Below, in pieces: positions 10,343 through 20,076 of a stretch of DNA of 64,000 nt. The position numbers and the translations under genes were made by a program. Numbering within the stretch: position 1 is the first letter of the stretch; every line of letters starts with the position of its first letter. Source of the DNA: an uncultured delta proteobacterium (GTDB lineage Bacteria; Myxococcota_A; Polyangia; Polyangiales; Polyangiaceae); contig CAWKKR010000008.1 of assembly GCA_963850305.1 (NCBI GenBank), forward strand, positions 1,824,001-1,888,000. Direction: 5' to 3'. Under the pieces are notes generated by a model. That model searched no databases. It worked only from the letters and a program-made list of their open reading frames with translations, and was not told where the DNA came from.

Positions 10343-10349
10343 GTGACGC

Positions 10350-10559
10350 TCACTTTACGGCGGGGGTACCGTACTTGCGACGGAACCAATCGATGCGACC
10401 CGCAGTGTCGACGAGCCGTTGCTTGCCCGTGTAAAATGGATGACATGCGCCGCAGACGTCCACCGAGATGTCGCCCTTGGTCGAGCGCGTCTGGAACTTG
10501 TTCCCACACGCGCACGTCACGTTCACGAGCGTGTAGTTCGGATGGATATCGGCTTTCAT
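10350..10559 (-). CDS. rpmE: 50S ribosomal protein L31, zinc-binding (C+) type
   Basis: [35 protein letters not shown]. Confidence 0.97.
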   Translation of the reverse strand: MKADIHPNYTLVNVTCACGNKFQTRSTKGDISVDVCGACHPFYTGKQRLVDTAGRIDWFRRKYGTPAVK

Positions 10560-10711
10560 GACGGTGCTTCCTTGCGAGGGACGCGGAACCTAACCTCCGT
10601 TCGAGACTTCGACAAGGCCTCGCGCCGGAGACGGCACAATCCATGTGCGGCTGCTCGGACGTTCAGACTTCGGTCCTTGACGGGCAAAAGCTTCTCCCTC
10701 ACGCTCCGGCC

Positions 10712-11698
10712 ATGAGCCGGCCCGTCTCGTCGGGTGTCTCGCGACGCGAGGCCCTCGGGCGAATTGCCAAAGCAGGCGCCGCTTTCGGCGCGGCGGCCGC
10801 GTTCACGCGGATACGATTCGACCGCGGTGGGTTCGGCCTTTCCACCCCCGGGGGCGAGCGTCAGGTGCGTAGCTTCGCCGTGCCCCCCGGGCCGCCCGGG
10901 ACCCTCGCGTTCGCGGTGGCGAAGAGCTCGACGGATCCCGCCGAGCTGGTGCGCCGAGCAGTGGATGCCCTGGGCGGAATGAAGCGGTTCATTTCGAACG
11001 GCGACGTCGTCGCGGTGAAGCCGAACATCGGCTGGGACCGGATGCCTGTGCACGCCGCGAATACGAACCCGCTCGTCGTCGCCGAAGTCGTCAAGCTCGC
11101 ATTCGACGCGGGCGCCCGTCGGGTCGTCGTCACCGACGCTTCCTGCAACGAGCCGAACCGCTGCTTCCAGCGATCCGGGATCTGGCGCGCCGCGCACGAT
11201 GTCGGAGCGACCGTCATTCTGCCCGCGGCGCACCGGTTCCGCGAAATGCGGATGAAGGGCGACGTGCTCGATCAGTGGCCGGTCTACACGCCCCTCGTGA
11301 ACGCGGACAAGGTCATCAACGTGCCTATCGCGAAGCACCACAATCTGTCGAAGTACACCGCGGCGATGAAGAATTGGTACGGTCTCCTCGGTGGCCGCAG
11401 GAACCGGCTTCATCAGAGCATCGACGTGTCGATCGCCGATCTCGCGACGTTCATGCGCCCCACCCTCGTCATCGTGGACGCGACGCGCGTTCTCATGCGA
11501 AACGGCCCGCAGGGCGGCAACATCGACGACGCGAGGGACGTTCATCAGGTGATCGCGAGCACGGACCAGGTAGCGGCGGACGCGTATGGCTGCACGCTCA
11601 TCGGGCAGACGCCGGAGAACATCGGTTATCTGAAACTCGGGAAAGAGCGCGGCATCGGCGTGATGGACTGGGAATCTTTGCCGCACACGATGGTCTGA
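10712..11698 (+). CDS. DUF362 family Fe-S protein with a Tat-like leader
   Basis: SRREALG plus a hydrophobic stretch; GDVVAVKPNIGW, NTNPLVV, INVPIAKHH, AMKNWYG, DQVAADAY. Confidence 0.85.
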   Translation: MSRPVSSGVSRREALGRIAKAGAAFGAAAAFTRIRFDRGGFGLSTPGGERQVRSFAVPPGPPGTLAFAVAKSSTDPAELVRRAVDALGGMKRFISNGDVVAVKPNIGWDRMPVHAANTNPLVVAEVVKLAFDAGARRVVVTDASCNEPNRCFQRSGIWRAAHDVGATVILPAAHRFREMRMKGDVLDQWPVYTPLVNADKVINVPIAKHHNLSKYTAAMKNWYGLLGGRRNRLHQSIDVSIADLATFMRPTLVIVDATRVLMRNGPQGGNIDDARDVHQVIASTDQVAADAYGCTLIGQTPENIGYLKLGKERGIGVMDWESLPHTMV

Positions 11699-11706
11699 GG
11701 GCGGCG

Positions 11707-13641
11707 ATGCACGCGACCGATGAGGCGAATCTCCCGACGCCCATCCCGTGGCTCGGCCGGGTGGGGCCAGTGTCATCGCTCGATGCGAAACTGCCGCCGC
11801 GGCCCGCCGAGGTCGCGCCGGCGGTGCGCGACGCATCCGTTGGGATGGTCGCGGTCGCGCCGGAGCGTGCCGCGCCCAGGGACGTCTCCGCGCCGCCGAA
11901 AGCCGTGCCGCGTGCCCCCAAAAAAAGGAAACGACCCGGCTCCGGCATCCCGGCGCGACGCTTGATCCGCGGGCTCGTCTGGGCGCGACGTGCGGCTCAG
12001 GCCGGGTTCCTCGCGCTCTTCCTGTTCTTGCTTTGCCACACGGCGTTTCGCGGCACGTTCACCGCCGGGTCGGATTCTCCGGTGCGCCTCCCGTGGCCCG
12101 TCGAGGGATTCCTTCTGACGGATCCGTTCGTCGGTGCGATGACTGCGCTCTCGACGCACGCGGTTTATCGCGGGCTCGCCTGGTCGCTCGTCGTCGCGGG
12201 TTTGACCTTGACGTTCGGGCGCGTGTTCTGCGGATGGATCTGTCCGTTCGGGACGCTGCACCATTTCTTCGCGTGGATCTTTCCGTCGAGGTACGTGCGC
12301 GGGAAACAGCGGGTCGACGCGAACCGCACGCATGGCTGGCAGCGCGCCAAGTACTACCTGATGGTCGCGTTCCTCGCAGCCGCGGTGTGCGGCAGCGCGA
12401 TCGGCGGGTTACTGGATCCGATCTGCGTCGCCGTTCGCGCCGTGGGGCTCGGCGTATTGCCGACGCTTCAGTATCTCGGCATTCGAAGCGCGAACGTGGT
12501 CGCGGACACGAACGTGCGCGCCCTTCAATTCGCGAGCGACGCCTCGCAGGATTTTCTTGCTCGGACGGTCTGGACTTCGAACCAGCTTTATTTCCACCAG
12601 ACCTGGTTCATCACGTTCCTGCTCGTGGCGATCCTGTTCATGAATCGGTTCATTCCGAGGTTCTGGTGTCGCGCGCTGTGCCCGCTCGGCGCCTTTCTGG
12701 GGGTGCTGTCGCGGTTTGCGCTCTTCGGGATGGAGAAAGATCACTCCAAGTGTACCGACTGCAACCTTTGCCTGGTGCATTGCCAGGGCGCCGACAGTCC
12801 GCAGGGCGGCGTGAAGCACCGGCAGGATGAGTGCCACATGTGCCTCAACTGCGAGACCGCGTGCCCCGAGGACGTCATCAAGTTCCGCTTCTTGCCGAAC
12901 CGTCGCGGCACGACGTCGGTGCCGGATCTCGAACGCCGCACGGTGCTGGCTTCTGCGGCGGCGGGTGCCATCGCGATCCCCGGGTTGCGGATCGCCGGCT
13001 GGCCCGACAAGGGTTACAGCGAGAAAGTCATTCGCCCGCCGGGAGCGGTCGAAGAACGGGATTTTCTGGAGCGCTGCATCCGGTGCGCCGAGTGCATGAA
13101 GGTGTGCCCGAACAACGCCCTTCATCCCGCTTTCTTCGAAGCCGGCGTCGAGGGCTTATGGACTCCGATTCTGATCCCGAGAATCGGATATTGTGAGTTC
13201 TCCTGCGTCCTCTGCGGTCAGGTCTGCCCGACCGGCGCCATCCAGAAGATCACGGAGAAGGAGAAGATGGGCGTCGGCCAGAAACCCATCGCGATCGGGA
13301 CCGCCATGTACGACCGAGGGCGCTGTCTGCCGTGGGCCATGGCGACCCCGTGCATCGTCTGTGAAGAGTTCTGTCCAACCTCTCCCAAGGCGATATGGGC
13401 CGAGGAGGTGGAAGTTCCGAAGCGGGACGGCCACTACGTGGCCAAGGGCGTGCAGCCGAAGATGCTCACCGTGAAGCTGAAGCGTCCCCACGTCGATCCG
13501 ACCCTGTGCATCGGGTGCGGCGCGTGCGAGAAGGTGTGCCCGATCGTCGACAAGCCGGCCGTCTACGTCACGAGTGCGGGAGAAACCCGGTCGAAGACGA
13601 ACGTGATCTTGCTCGAGAACACGAGCTACAACCGGGCCTGA
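11707..13641 (+). CDS. Membrane polyferredoxin (NapH/MauN-like domain fused to a NapG/MauM-like domain)
   Basis: GRVFCGWICPFG and RFWCRALCPLG; several CxxCxxCxxxC(P) motifs; IRPPGAVEERDFLERCIRCAECMKVCP. Confidence 0.85.
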   Translation: MHATDEANLPTPIPWLGRVGPVSSLDAKLPPRPAEVAPAVRDASVGMVAVAPERAAPRDVSAPPKAVPRAPKKRKRPGSGIPARRLIRGLVWARRAAQAGFLALFLFLLCHTAFRGTFTAGSDSPVRLPWPVEGFLLTDPFVGAMTALSTHAVYRGLAWSLVVAGLTLTFGRVFCGWICPFGTLHHFFAWIFPSRYVRGKQRVDANRTHGWQRAKYYLMVAFLAAAVCGSAIGGLLDPICVAVRAVGLGVLPTLQYLGIRSANVVADTNVRALQFASDASQDFLARTVWTSNQLYFHQTWFITFLLVAILFMNRFIPRFWCRALCPLGAFLGVLSRFALFGMEKDHSKCTDCNLCLVHCQGADSPQGGVKHRQDECHMCLNCETACPEDVIKFRFLPNRRGTTSVPDLERRTVLASAAAGAIAIPGLRIAGWPDKGYSEKVIRPPGAVEERDFLERCIRCAECMKVCPNNALHPAFFEAGVEGLWTPILIPRIGYCEFSCVLCGQVCPTGAIQKITEKEKMGVGQKPIAIGTAMYDRGRCLPWAMATPCIVCEEFCPTSPKAIWAEEVEVPKRDGHYVAKGVQPKMLTVKLKRPHVDPTLCIGCGACEKVCPIVDKPAVYVTSAGETRSKTNVILLENTSYNRA

Positions 13642-13654
13642 GAGCAGACGCCGA

Positions 13655-14380
13655 TCACGTGGGATCGGGAGGGCGAGAGCCGCGCGGCGACTTTGCGATG
13701 CGCAAATACATCTGAGCACCCTTGTTGCTAGGGTCGAGCTCGAGAACCTCGTTCAGTTCGGCGATGGCTTCATCATTGTTGCCGGCGCTCAGCTGGAGCA
13801 CGCCGAGCAGGATGCGCGCCTGGAGAAAGCGCGGGTTCACCGATTTCGCCATTTCGAACTGTTCGCGCGCTCGCTTCAGATCACCCGCGTCGCGATAGAG
13901 CACTCCAAGCCGCGCGCGCAGATCGGCGAACGTGGGGCACAGGCCGATGGCTTTCTCGAGCTCGCTGATCGCTTCGCTCGTCATGCCGATGTCCTGATAC
14001 GCCTGGCTCAGTTCCCCATGCATGTTGGCGAGTTTGCCCTTCGCGAAAGGATCGAGTTCCCGCCCGCCCGTCCCGCGGTGACGGATCCCCGAGTAGATTT
14101 GCCGGGCACGTTCGTACTCGCCGAGATCGTTCAGGGTCACCATGAGGTTGAGTTGCGCCTCGGTGTAGTTCGGGTTCAGGCTGACTGCTTTCTCGAAGTG
14201 CTGTCGTGCCTGTGCGAGCTCGCCGCGCCCGTGGGAGATGACGCCCAGCATGTCGAAGACGTCCGCGAAGCGATCCGTGTGCTCGATGACCTTCTTGAGG
14301 AGCTGCGCGGCCTGGTCGTACTCGCCTTTTCCGTAGTGCTCGCGGCCGAGCAGGAGGAGTTGTCGGATGTGCTCGTCCAT
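13655..14380 (-). CDS. Tetratricopeptide repeat protein
   Basis: Repeated TPR signatures (LGxxxxxxG...A...A..LNP). Confidence 0.85.
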   Translation of the reverse strand: MDEHIRQLLLLGREHYGKGEYDQAAQLLKKVIEHTDRFADVFDMLGVISHGRGELAQARQHFEKAVSLNPNYTEAQLNLMVTLNDLGEYERARQIYSGIRHRGTGGRELDPFAKGKLANMHGELSQAYQDIGMTSEAISELEKAIGLCPTFADLRARLGVLYRDAGDLKRAREQFEMAKSVNPRFLQARILLGVLQLSAGNNDEAIAELNEVLELDPSNKGAQMYLRIAKSPRGSRPPDPT

Positions 14381-14553
14381 GCGGAGCTACAGAGTCTCTT
14401 TGAATTGTGCGAAATCGCCAAGGACAAGCGCCTTGGAGCCAGCGGAAACCGGGCGTCCGAGAAGAGTTCACCCCGCGCTCGGGCTTGCCGCGGGCTCGCT
14501 CGGCTGCTACCCGTTCCCGCCGTGGCGTCTTCACGGAACGTGAGGAGCGGGCC

Positions 14554-16548
14554 ATGAGTCCCCGCCATGTCGGGCGCGTCGTGGACCCGCTCGTACGCGG
14601 TGATGGCGGCGACGAGCCGGAAATCACGCTCGATCCGTCCGTGGACACCGACGACGCCGTGGCGGGTATTCAGGTGGCGCAGCGCATCATTTCCAAGGAT
14701 GAGCCGTCGCCTTCGGGGCACTCGGAAGACGACGCGTTCGCGTTTCAGAGCGCGGCGGGCCACCCCGTCCGCAATCGACTTCTGGCGCGCGCCGCCGAGG
14801 CGCGCCTCCACGACCGGGAGGAGCAGGCTGAGCAGACGAGCAGGGCGAGCGAGCGCTCGTTCACCGAGGAGCTCGAACGCGTCGCATCCCGGCGTGCGCC
14901 GCCGTCTTCTACCCTCGTCGTCACTCCCAACCGTCGCGACCTGCCGCCGAACGTGATCGTTCTTTTCGGAACGCTCTTTGGCCTCGCCCTCCTGGCGGCG
15001 CTGTTTGCCGTGCTGATTCATGTCGATCCCCGGGACGGATCGCCGATCGTCGGCGCGCCGCCGCTCGCGAGATCGTCGGCCCTCGTTGCGCCGACGGTGT
15101 CGCCGGACATGCCGCTGGTTTCCCCTCTCGTGAAGAAGCCCGAGCGAACGCACGTGCAAGGCCCCTGGCGCATCGCGGACTCGACCGACCCGCACTTGAA
15201 GAAGGTCGAAGGCACGATCGGGCATGCGTCCTTCTTGAAAGCCATCGAAGACGCCGGGGTTCCTCACGCGGATACGTTTCGCATTCTCCAGGTCATGGAA
15301 TCGCTTCGCGATCTGAACCACTGCAATCCGCGCGATCGATTCCTGGCCCTCGTCGACCGCCGGTCGAATCACGTGACCGCCTTCGAGTACGTCGTCAGCA
15401 AGGAAGAGATCTACCAGGCGCGGGAAGGACTCGACGGGTTCCTGAAGTCGGCGAAACTCGATCTCCAGGTCGCGCGGAATCGGATCCAGGGTGCCATCCG
15501 CTTCGACCGCGACACGTTCGTCGAGTCCGTCGAGGCTGCCGGATTCGAGCCGCAGCTGGTGTCGGTGATCGACGAGGCGATGGCGGGGCACGCCAGCGTT
15601 GCGGACCTGAAGCATGGCGATCGGCTTCGCGTCGTTGCTCAAGAAGTGACGGTGCTTGGCGACTTCGATCGCTATGCCGGCATCGAAGCGCTCGAGGTCG
15701 TCCCTGGTCACGGTGATCAGAAGCCGCTCCGCATCTACTACTTCCAGGGTCCGAAATCGCACGGTTACTTCGACGCGGACGGGCGCTCGGTCCACGAGGG
15801 TGAGTGGAAGAAGCCCATCCCAGGTGCCGTCGTGACGTCACCGTTCAACCTGAAGCGGATGCATCCGATTCTTCACACCATCATGCCCCACCAGGGGACC
15901 GATTTCCGCGCACCGATGGGTACGCCCGTGGGCGCCTCGGCAGCCGGTATCGTGAAGTTCATGGGCAACGGCGGACCTTCCGGGAACCTCGTCGTCATCC
16001 AGCATCCGGGAGGCATCGAAACCGGTTACGCCCACCTCTCCAAGTTCGAGCCGGGCCTGAAAGTGGGGGACACGGTGACGGCGATGCAGATTGTCGGACT
16101 CTCGGGTTCGACGGGGCGGTCGACGGGGCCGCACTTGCACTTCAGCGTGAAGCTCAACGGCGTATTCGTCGACCCGATGAAGACCCTGGGATTCGATTCC
16201 CTCCGCGGCATGCCGCTCGACGAGAAGCTTCTCTTCACGGACGAGCGGACGAAGCTCGACGTGCTCCTGGACGCGATCGCCCTGCCCCCACCTGTCATGG
16301 ACACTCCGGCGGCGGCGCACTCCCCGAACCCGCCGCAGACCGTCGCGGACGAGACCGAGTTTCCGTCTCCAACGGCATCGGGGGTTCCGTCGCCTGCCTC
16401 GGCCGCCGTAGCTAGAGTGGCCGCGCCGCCGACCGCCCCCGCGACGGGCAGTTCAGCTTCACCTGCCAGGGCTGCGTCCATTTATCTCTCGGACCAGGAG
16501 TTGCTCAAGGAACAGGGCGCGACCGACAACGGCGAAGTCGACGAGTGA
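14554..16548 (+). CDS. M23 (LytM) peptidoglycan endopeptidase with a TM anchor
   Basis: RMHPI, HQGTD (HxxxD), YAHLS, GSTGRSTGPHLHF; TM segment VIVLFGTLFGLALLAALFAVLI. Start codon uncertain. Confidence 0.88.
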   Translation: MSPRHVGRVVDPLVRGDGGDEPEITLDPSVDTDDAVAGIQVAQRIISKDEPSPSGHSEDDAFAFQSAAGHPVRNRLLARAAEARLHDREEQAEQTSRASERSFTEELERVASRRAPPSSTLVVTPNRRDLPPNVIVLFGTLFGLALLAALFAVLIHVDPRDGSPIVGAPPLARSSALVAPTVSPDMPLVSPLVKKPERTHVQGPWRIADSTDPHLKKVEGTIGHASFLKAIEDAGVPHADTFRILQVMESLRDLNHCNPRDRFLALVDRRSNHVTAFEYVVSKEEIYQAREGLDGFLKSAKLDLQVARNRIQGAIRFDRDTFVESVEAAGFEPQLVSVIDEAMAGHASVADLKHGDRLRVVAQEVTVLGDFDRYAGIEALEVVPGHGDQKPLRIYYFQGPKSHGYFDADGRSVHEGEWKKPIPGAVVTSPFNLKRMHPILHTIMPHQGTDFRAPMGTPVGASAAGIVKFMGNGGPSGNLVVIQHPGGIETGYAHLSKFEPGLKVGDTVTAMQIVGLSGSTGRSTGPHLHFSVKLNGVFVDPMKTLGFDSLRGMPLDEKLLFTDERTKLDVLLDAIALPPPVMDTPAAAHSPNPPQTVADETEFPSPTASGVPSPASAAVARVAAPPTAPATGSSASPARAASIYLSDQELLKEQGATDNGEVDE

Positions 16549-16549
16549 T

Positions 16550-18127
16550 TCAACCGGTCGCGGGTCCGTCGAAGGAGCGCTTGCCAGCTTGAATCGTGAA
16601 CGCGAATCGGCTGCCGCGCGGCTCCACGGGTTCCACCCAGGCGTCGCCGCCATGTGCCAGCGCGATGTGTTTGACGAGCGCAAGTCCGATCCCGCTCCCG
16701 CGAACCTGCTTGGTTCCGCGGCCGCGCACGAACCGGTCGAAGATTCGCTTCCGATCCTCGAGCAGGATGCCCGATCCTTGATCGGTGACGGAAACCTCCA
16801 GCGTCTTGTCGCGGCGCCGGACGCGAATCCGAATCCGGTTGGAGTCTTTCGCGTACTTGAGCGCATTGTCGACGAGGTTGATGACGGCAATTTCGATCGC
16901 GCGTTCGTCCGCGCGGACGAACGGTAGCCCCGGGTCGACCTCGAGCTCGAGCTCGACCCGATCTCGATCGGCGCGGATCCGACACGCCTCGACCGCGCGA
17001 GCCACGACGTCGCCGAGGATGCACTCCGAGAAGTCGTAACCGCTCTTGCCGCGTTCGACCTTTGCGAAGTCGAGCACGTTCTCGATGAGGGCGCTGAGGC
17101 GCTCGCTCTCGCTCAGGATGATCTGCAGATACTGCCGCTTTTTTTGCTCGTCCGCGTTCACGCGCCCGCTCTGAAGGAGCTCCGCGAACATCCGCACGAG
17201 CGAGAGCGGCGTCTTCAGCTCGTGCGAGACGTTGGCCACGAAGTCGCTCTTCAGAGCCGACAGCTTTCGTTCTCTGCCGGCCGCCACGACGACGACGACC
17301 ATCCCCGCGATGACGACCAGCCCCGAGAGCCCAACGAGCACCATTTCCAGTACGCGCCGCCGGGCGGCGTTCTCGGCGAGCTGTTCCGCCGCGAGCAGCG
17401 AAACGTTGAGGCGCCACTTGTACAATGTCGTCTGGAAGGGGCGACCCACCGTGAACTCCCCGCCGCTCACCGGCGGGCCGAAGATGATCCCACCGTTCTC
17501 GTCCACCACGTTCATGCGGCTCTGCGCGTCGCGGACCTGGTAAAGCTCCGGCAGCACGTCATGGACGATCCGCGGCACGTCGTGCCATGCGATGATCAGA
17601 TAGTTGCGCCCTCCGTGGGATCGCTGAAAATAGCTGATGAGATAGTTTTTCCCGTCATAAGATTTATGAAGATGCCGCAGCTCCTCGTCGGGTGGCTTGG
17701 GGATCTCCAAGTCGGGGAAGATGCGATTCACGAGCAATCGACGGAAGTCCTCGTCTTCGGGTCCGGGTCGTCGGGACGCGAATCCGACGACCTCGCGCAG
17801 CGATGAATCGAGGTCGACGACGAGCACGGCCCGCACCGTCGGGGTCTGCCGCTTGGCGAGAGGTAACCACGAATGGCCGACCCGGCTCAGGTTGCCGAGG
17901 TCCGTTTCCGCGGCCACGACCGTGTCTTGATCGATGATCTCCTGGTCGAGCCGCGCAGCCTTCTCGTTGGCGAGAGACAGGGTCGCTTCGACGACGGATT
18001 GCTGCCTCAGGCGCTCTTGCTGAAAGCTCGTGCGGAACGTGACGCCGGTGAGGACGAGCACGCCGACGACGATGGCCGGCAAGAGTAGGAACGTGAAGAA
18101 ACGTTCGCGTCGGGTCCGATCCGCCAT
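16550..18127 (-). CDS. Membrane sensor histidine kinase
   Basis: Two TM segments; H-box VSHELKTPL, N-box NLVDNALKY, G1 DQGSGI, G2 GSGIGLALV. Confidence 0.93.
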   Translation of the reverse strand: MADRTRRERFFTFLLLPAIVVGVLVLTGVTFRTSFQQERLRQQSVVEATLSLANEKAARLDQEIIDQDTVVAAETDLGNLSRVGHSWLPLAKRQTPTVRAVLVVDLDSSLREVVGFASRRPGPEDEDFRRLLVNRIFPDLEIPKPPDEELRHLHKSYDGKNYLISYFQRSHGGRNYLIIAWHDVPRIVHDVLPELYQVRDAQSRMNVVDENGGIIFGPPVSGGEFTVGRPFQTTLYKWRLNVSLLAAEQLAENAARRRVLEMVLVGLSGLVVIAGMVVVVVAAGRERKLSALKSDFVANVSHELKTPLSLVRMFAELLQSGRVNADEQKKRQYLQIILSESERLSALIENVLDFAKVERGKSGYDFSECILGDVVARAVEACRIRADRDRVELELEVDPGLPFVRADERAIEIAVINLVDNALKYAKDSNRIRIRVRRRDKTLEVSVTDQGSGILLEDRKRIFDRFVRGRGTKQVRGSGIGLALVKHIALAHGGDAWVEPVEPRGSRFAFTIQAGKRSFDGPATG

Positions 18128-18161
18128 GTTCGTGCCGCGCCGACGCGCGAGCTCTGGCGTA

Positions 18162-19931
18162 TCACGTCTTCGGAATCACGGCGTCGTCGTCGATGATGAC
18201 CGGATGGGTCGCGACGAAATCCGCAAACTGCTCGCAGATGTAGTCCAGCGCGTTCACCTCGCCGTCGTGGAACGGAACTCCGCCAGCGGGATTCGCCAGC
18301 TCGATCACACCGAGGTACCTGCCCCCTTCTTTGACGGGGCCACAAAGGGCGGACGACGCATCGACGCCGAGGGCTCCGAACCGTCCGTCCTCGAACCCGT
18401 CGCCCGGCACGAGCTTCGGGAAATGAATCGTCCGCCCACGCCGAAACGCCTCCCGGAAGATCGGGAAGGTGTCGGCGGTCTTGCGGAGTAGCAGGCTGGC
18501 GCTACTCGGTCCGAGCGCGCGAACGACGACGAACTGTCGCGTGTTGATATCGAAGACGTGAACCAAGATCCCGCTGCTCGGCATCACGTTGGACAGCACG
18601 TTCAGTACGTACTCGGCCCCCGATACCGTATCCGGCATGAAGCGGAGCTGGTGCATCCCCTCGAACAGCTCACCGATCAGGTCCTCCGTGGGTCCGCGCC
18701 GCCGGCTCGGAGACGACGGCGTGCGATCGGACCGTGGTCCCGGCGTGTGCTCGGGTCTTCGCGGAGCACCCGCTGAGCGTCCCGGGGCAGGGAACGCCGA
18801 GGTGCCGGACGGCACCGAGGGCGGGGGTGGAGCGTGCCCCTGACGCGCGACGTCCGCGTGCGATTCCGGAGCCGCCGCTGCGCCGGGGTCGAGCACCGGC
18901 GCGCCGAGCCGCGGCGGTGCATGGTTCGTCGATGGCACCGCCGGCGCCTGACTCTGCGGGAAGGCTACTGTTCCGAGTTGCGCAGGTGCGGCTCCCGCGA
19001 GGGGCGCGGCGTGGGGTCCAGGTACCGCATGGACAACCACGACGGGGTGTCCCGCCGCGTCGCCCGGCGCGGGGTGCGGCGCAGCCACGGGTGCGCGTTG
19101 CGAAACAGCGGCTTCGACGGGGTGACCGGGGGCGGTCGCGTCGCCGGGTGACGTATCGCGAATGTGCACGACGGGATTGCCCCGCCAGTCCTTCCACGCC
19201 AGGGTCGCGACAGGCGGTCGATCCGGACGACCCGCGAATCGATGATCGAAGAGCGCGATCTGGACGAACTTGCCCGGCGGACGATGCGCAATCGCGGTGC
19301 GAACCTGTTCCCACGTCGCGCGAGCGTACCGTTCGAGGTCTTTCGGGGCCAGGCCAGGTGACACCGAGAAGGCGAACTCACGGTAGACGATCGGCGCCCC
19401 TTCCGTGGGTTCTTCCTTGCGCAGCGAGATGAGATCCAGGCCGGGCAGCGACGGCACCGGTTCGGGCTTCGGCTCAGCGGGGCGATCGCGCGAGAGGGGC
19501 TCGGGTTCCGTGATGGGCTCGAGCCTGACGGGGTGCGGCTGAACGCCCGCGGCAGCTGATGCCGGTGCCGATGCCGCCGCCCTCGGAGTTGGCGGCACAG
19601 AGTCGTCCTCGTTCAAGAGGATGGCGTCGGGATCGGTGGGCGGCTCGAGCGCCGCGTGCGGCGACGACGCCCCATTCGTCGCACTCGCGCCGGACAGAGG
19701 CGCATCCAGCGGCGCCTTGCTCACCACGTACCGCAGTCGGGCGGTGGGGTCCGTCGCCCGGTACCCCGCTTCGAGGAGTTCGATGGCGAACCGCGAGAGC
19801 GCGCCTCGGTCGCCTCGGAGCTTTCGTGCCTGCTGCAGGGCTTGCTGCCACTGCAGGGCTTCGATGCAATAGCGCTCCTTCAGCGTGTCGGCGTCCACTG
19901 TGGACACTTCCACGAACCAGCGCGTAGTCAT
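18162..19931 (-). CDS. Multi-domain protein with Pro-rich linkers and a C-terminal GAF domain
   Basis: C-terminal SALCGPVKEGGRYLGVIELANP...FHDGEVNALDYICEQFA is GAF-like. Probable start MTTRWFVEV. Confidence 0.75.
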   Translation of the reverse strand: MTTRWFVEVSTVDADTLKERYCIEALQWQQALQQARKLRGDRGALSRFAIELLEAGYRATDPTARLRYVVSKAPLDAPLSGASATNGASSPHAALEPPTDPDAILLNEDDSVPPTPRAAASAPASAAAGVQPHPVRLEPITEPEPLSRDRPAEPKPEPVPSLPGLDLISLRKEEPTEGAPIVYREFAFSVSPGLAPKDLERYARATWEQVRTAIAHRPPGKFVQIALFDHRFAGRPDRPPVATLAWKDWRGNPVVHIRDTSPGDATAPGHPVEAAVSQRAPVAAPHPAPGDAAGHPVVVVHAVPGPHAAPLAGAAPAQLGTVAFPQSQAPAVPSTNHAPPRLGAPVLDPGAAAAPESHADVARQGHAPPPPSVPSGTSAFPAPGRSAGAPRRPEHTPGPRSDRTPSSPSRRRGPTEDLIGELFEGMHQLRFMPDTVSGAEYVLNVLSNVMPSSGILVHVFDINTRQFVVVRALGPSSASLLLRKTADTFPIFREAFRRGRTIHFPKLVPGDGFEDGRFGALGVDASSALCGPVKEGGRYLGVIELANPAGGVPFHDGEVNALDYICEQFADFVATHPVIIDDDAVIPKT

Positions 19932-20076
19932 CGAGGGAAAGGGGGGCGCGACATGGGAGTGATTGGCGGGCGCTAAGTAGAGCCTCTCGCCAATCACCCT
20001 GCAAGGGCGATCGGCTGAACCCCTCGTCACATCCTGGGCTTGCGCCCGCGCTGTCCTCGTTGGACAGCTTTCAAGA

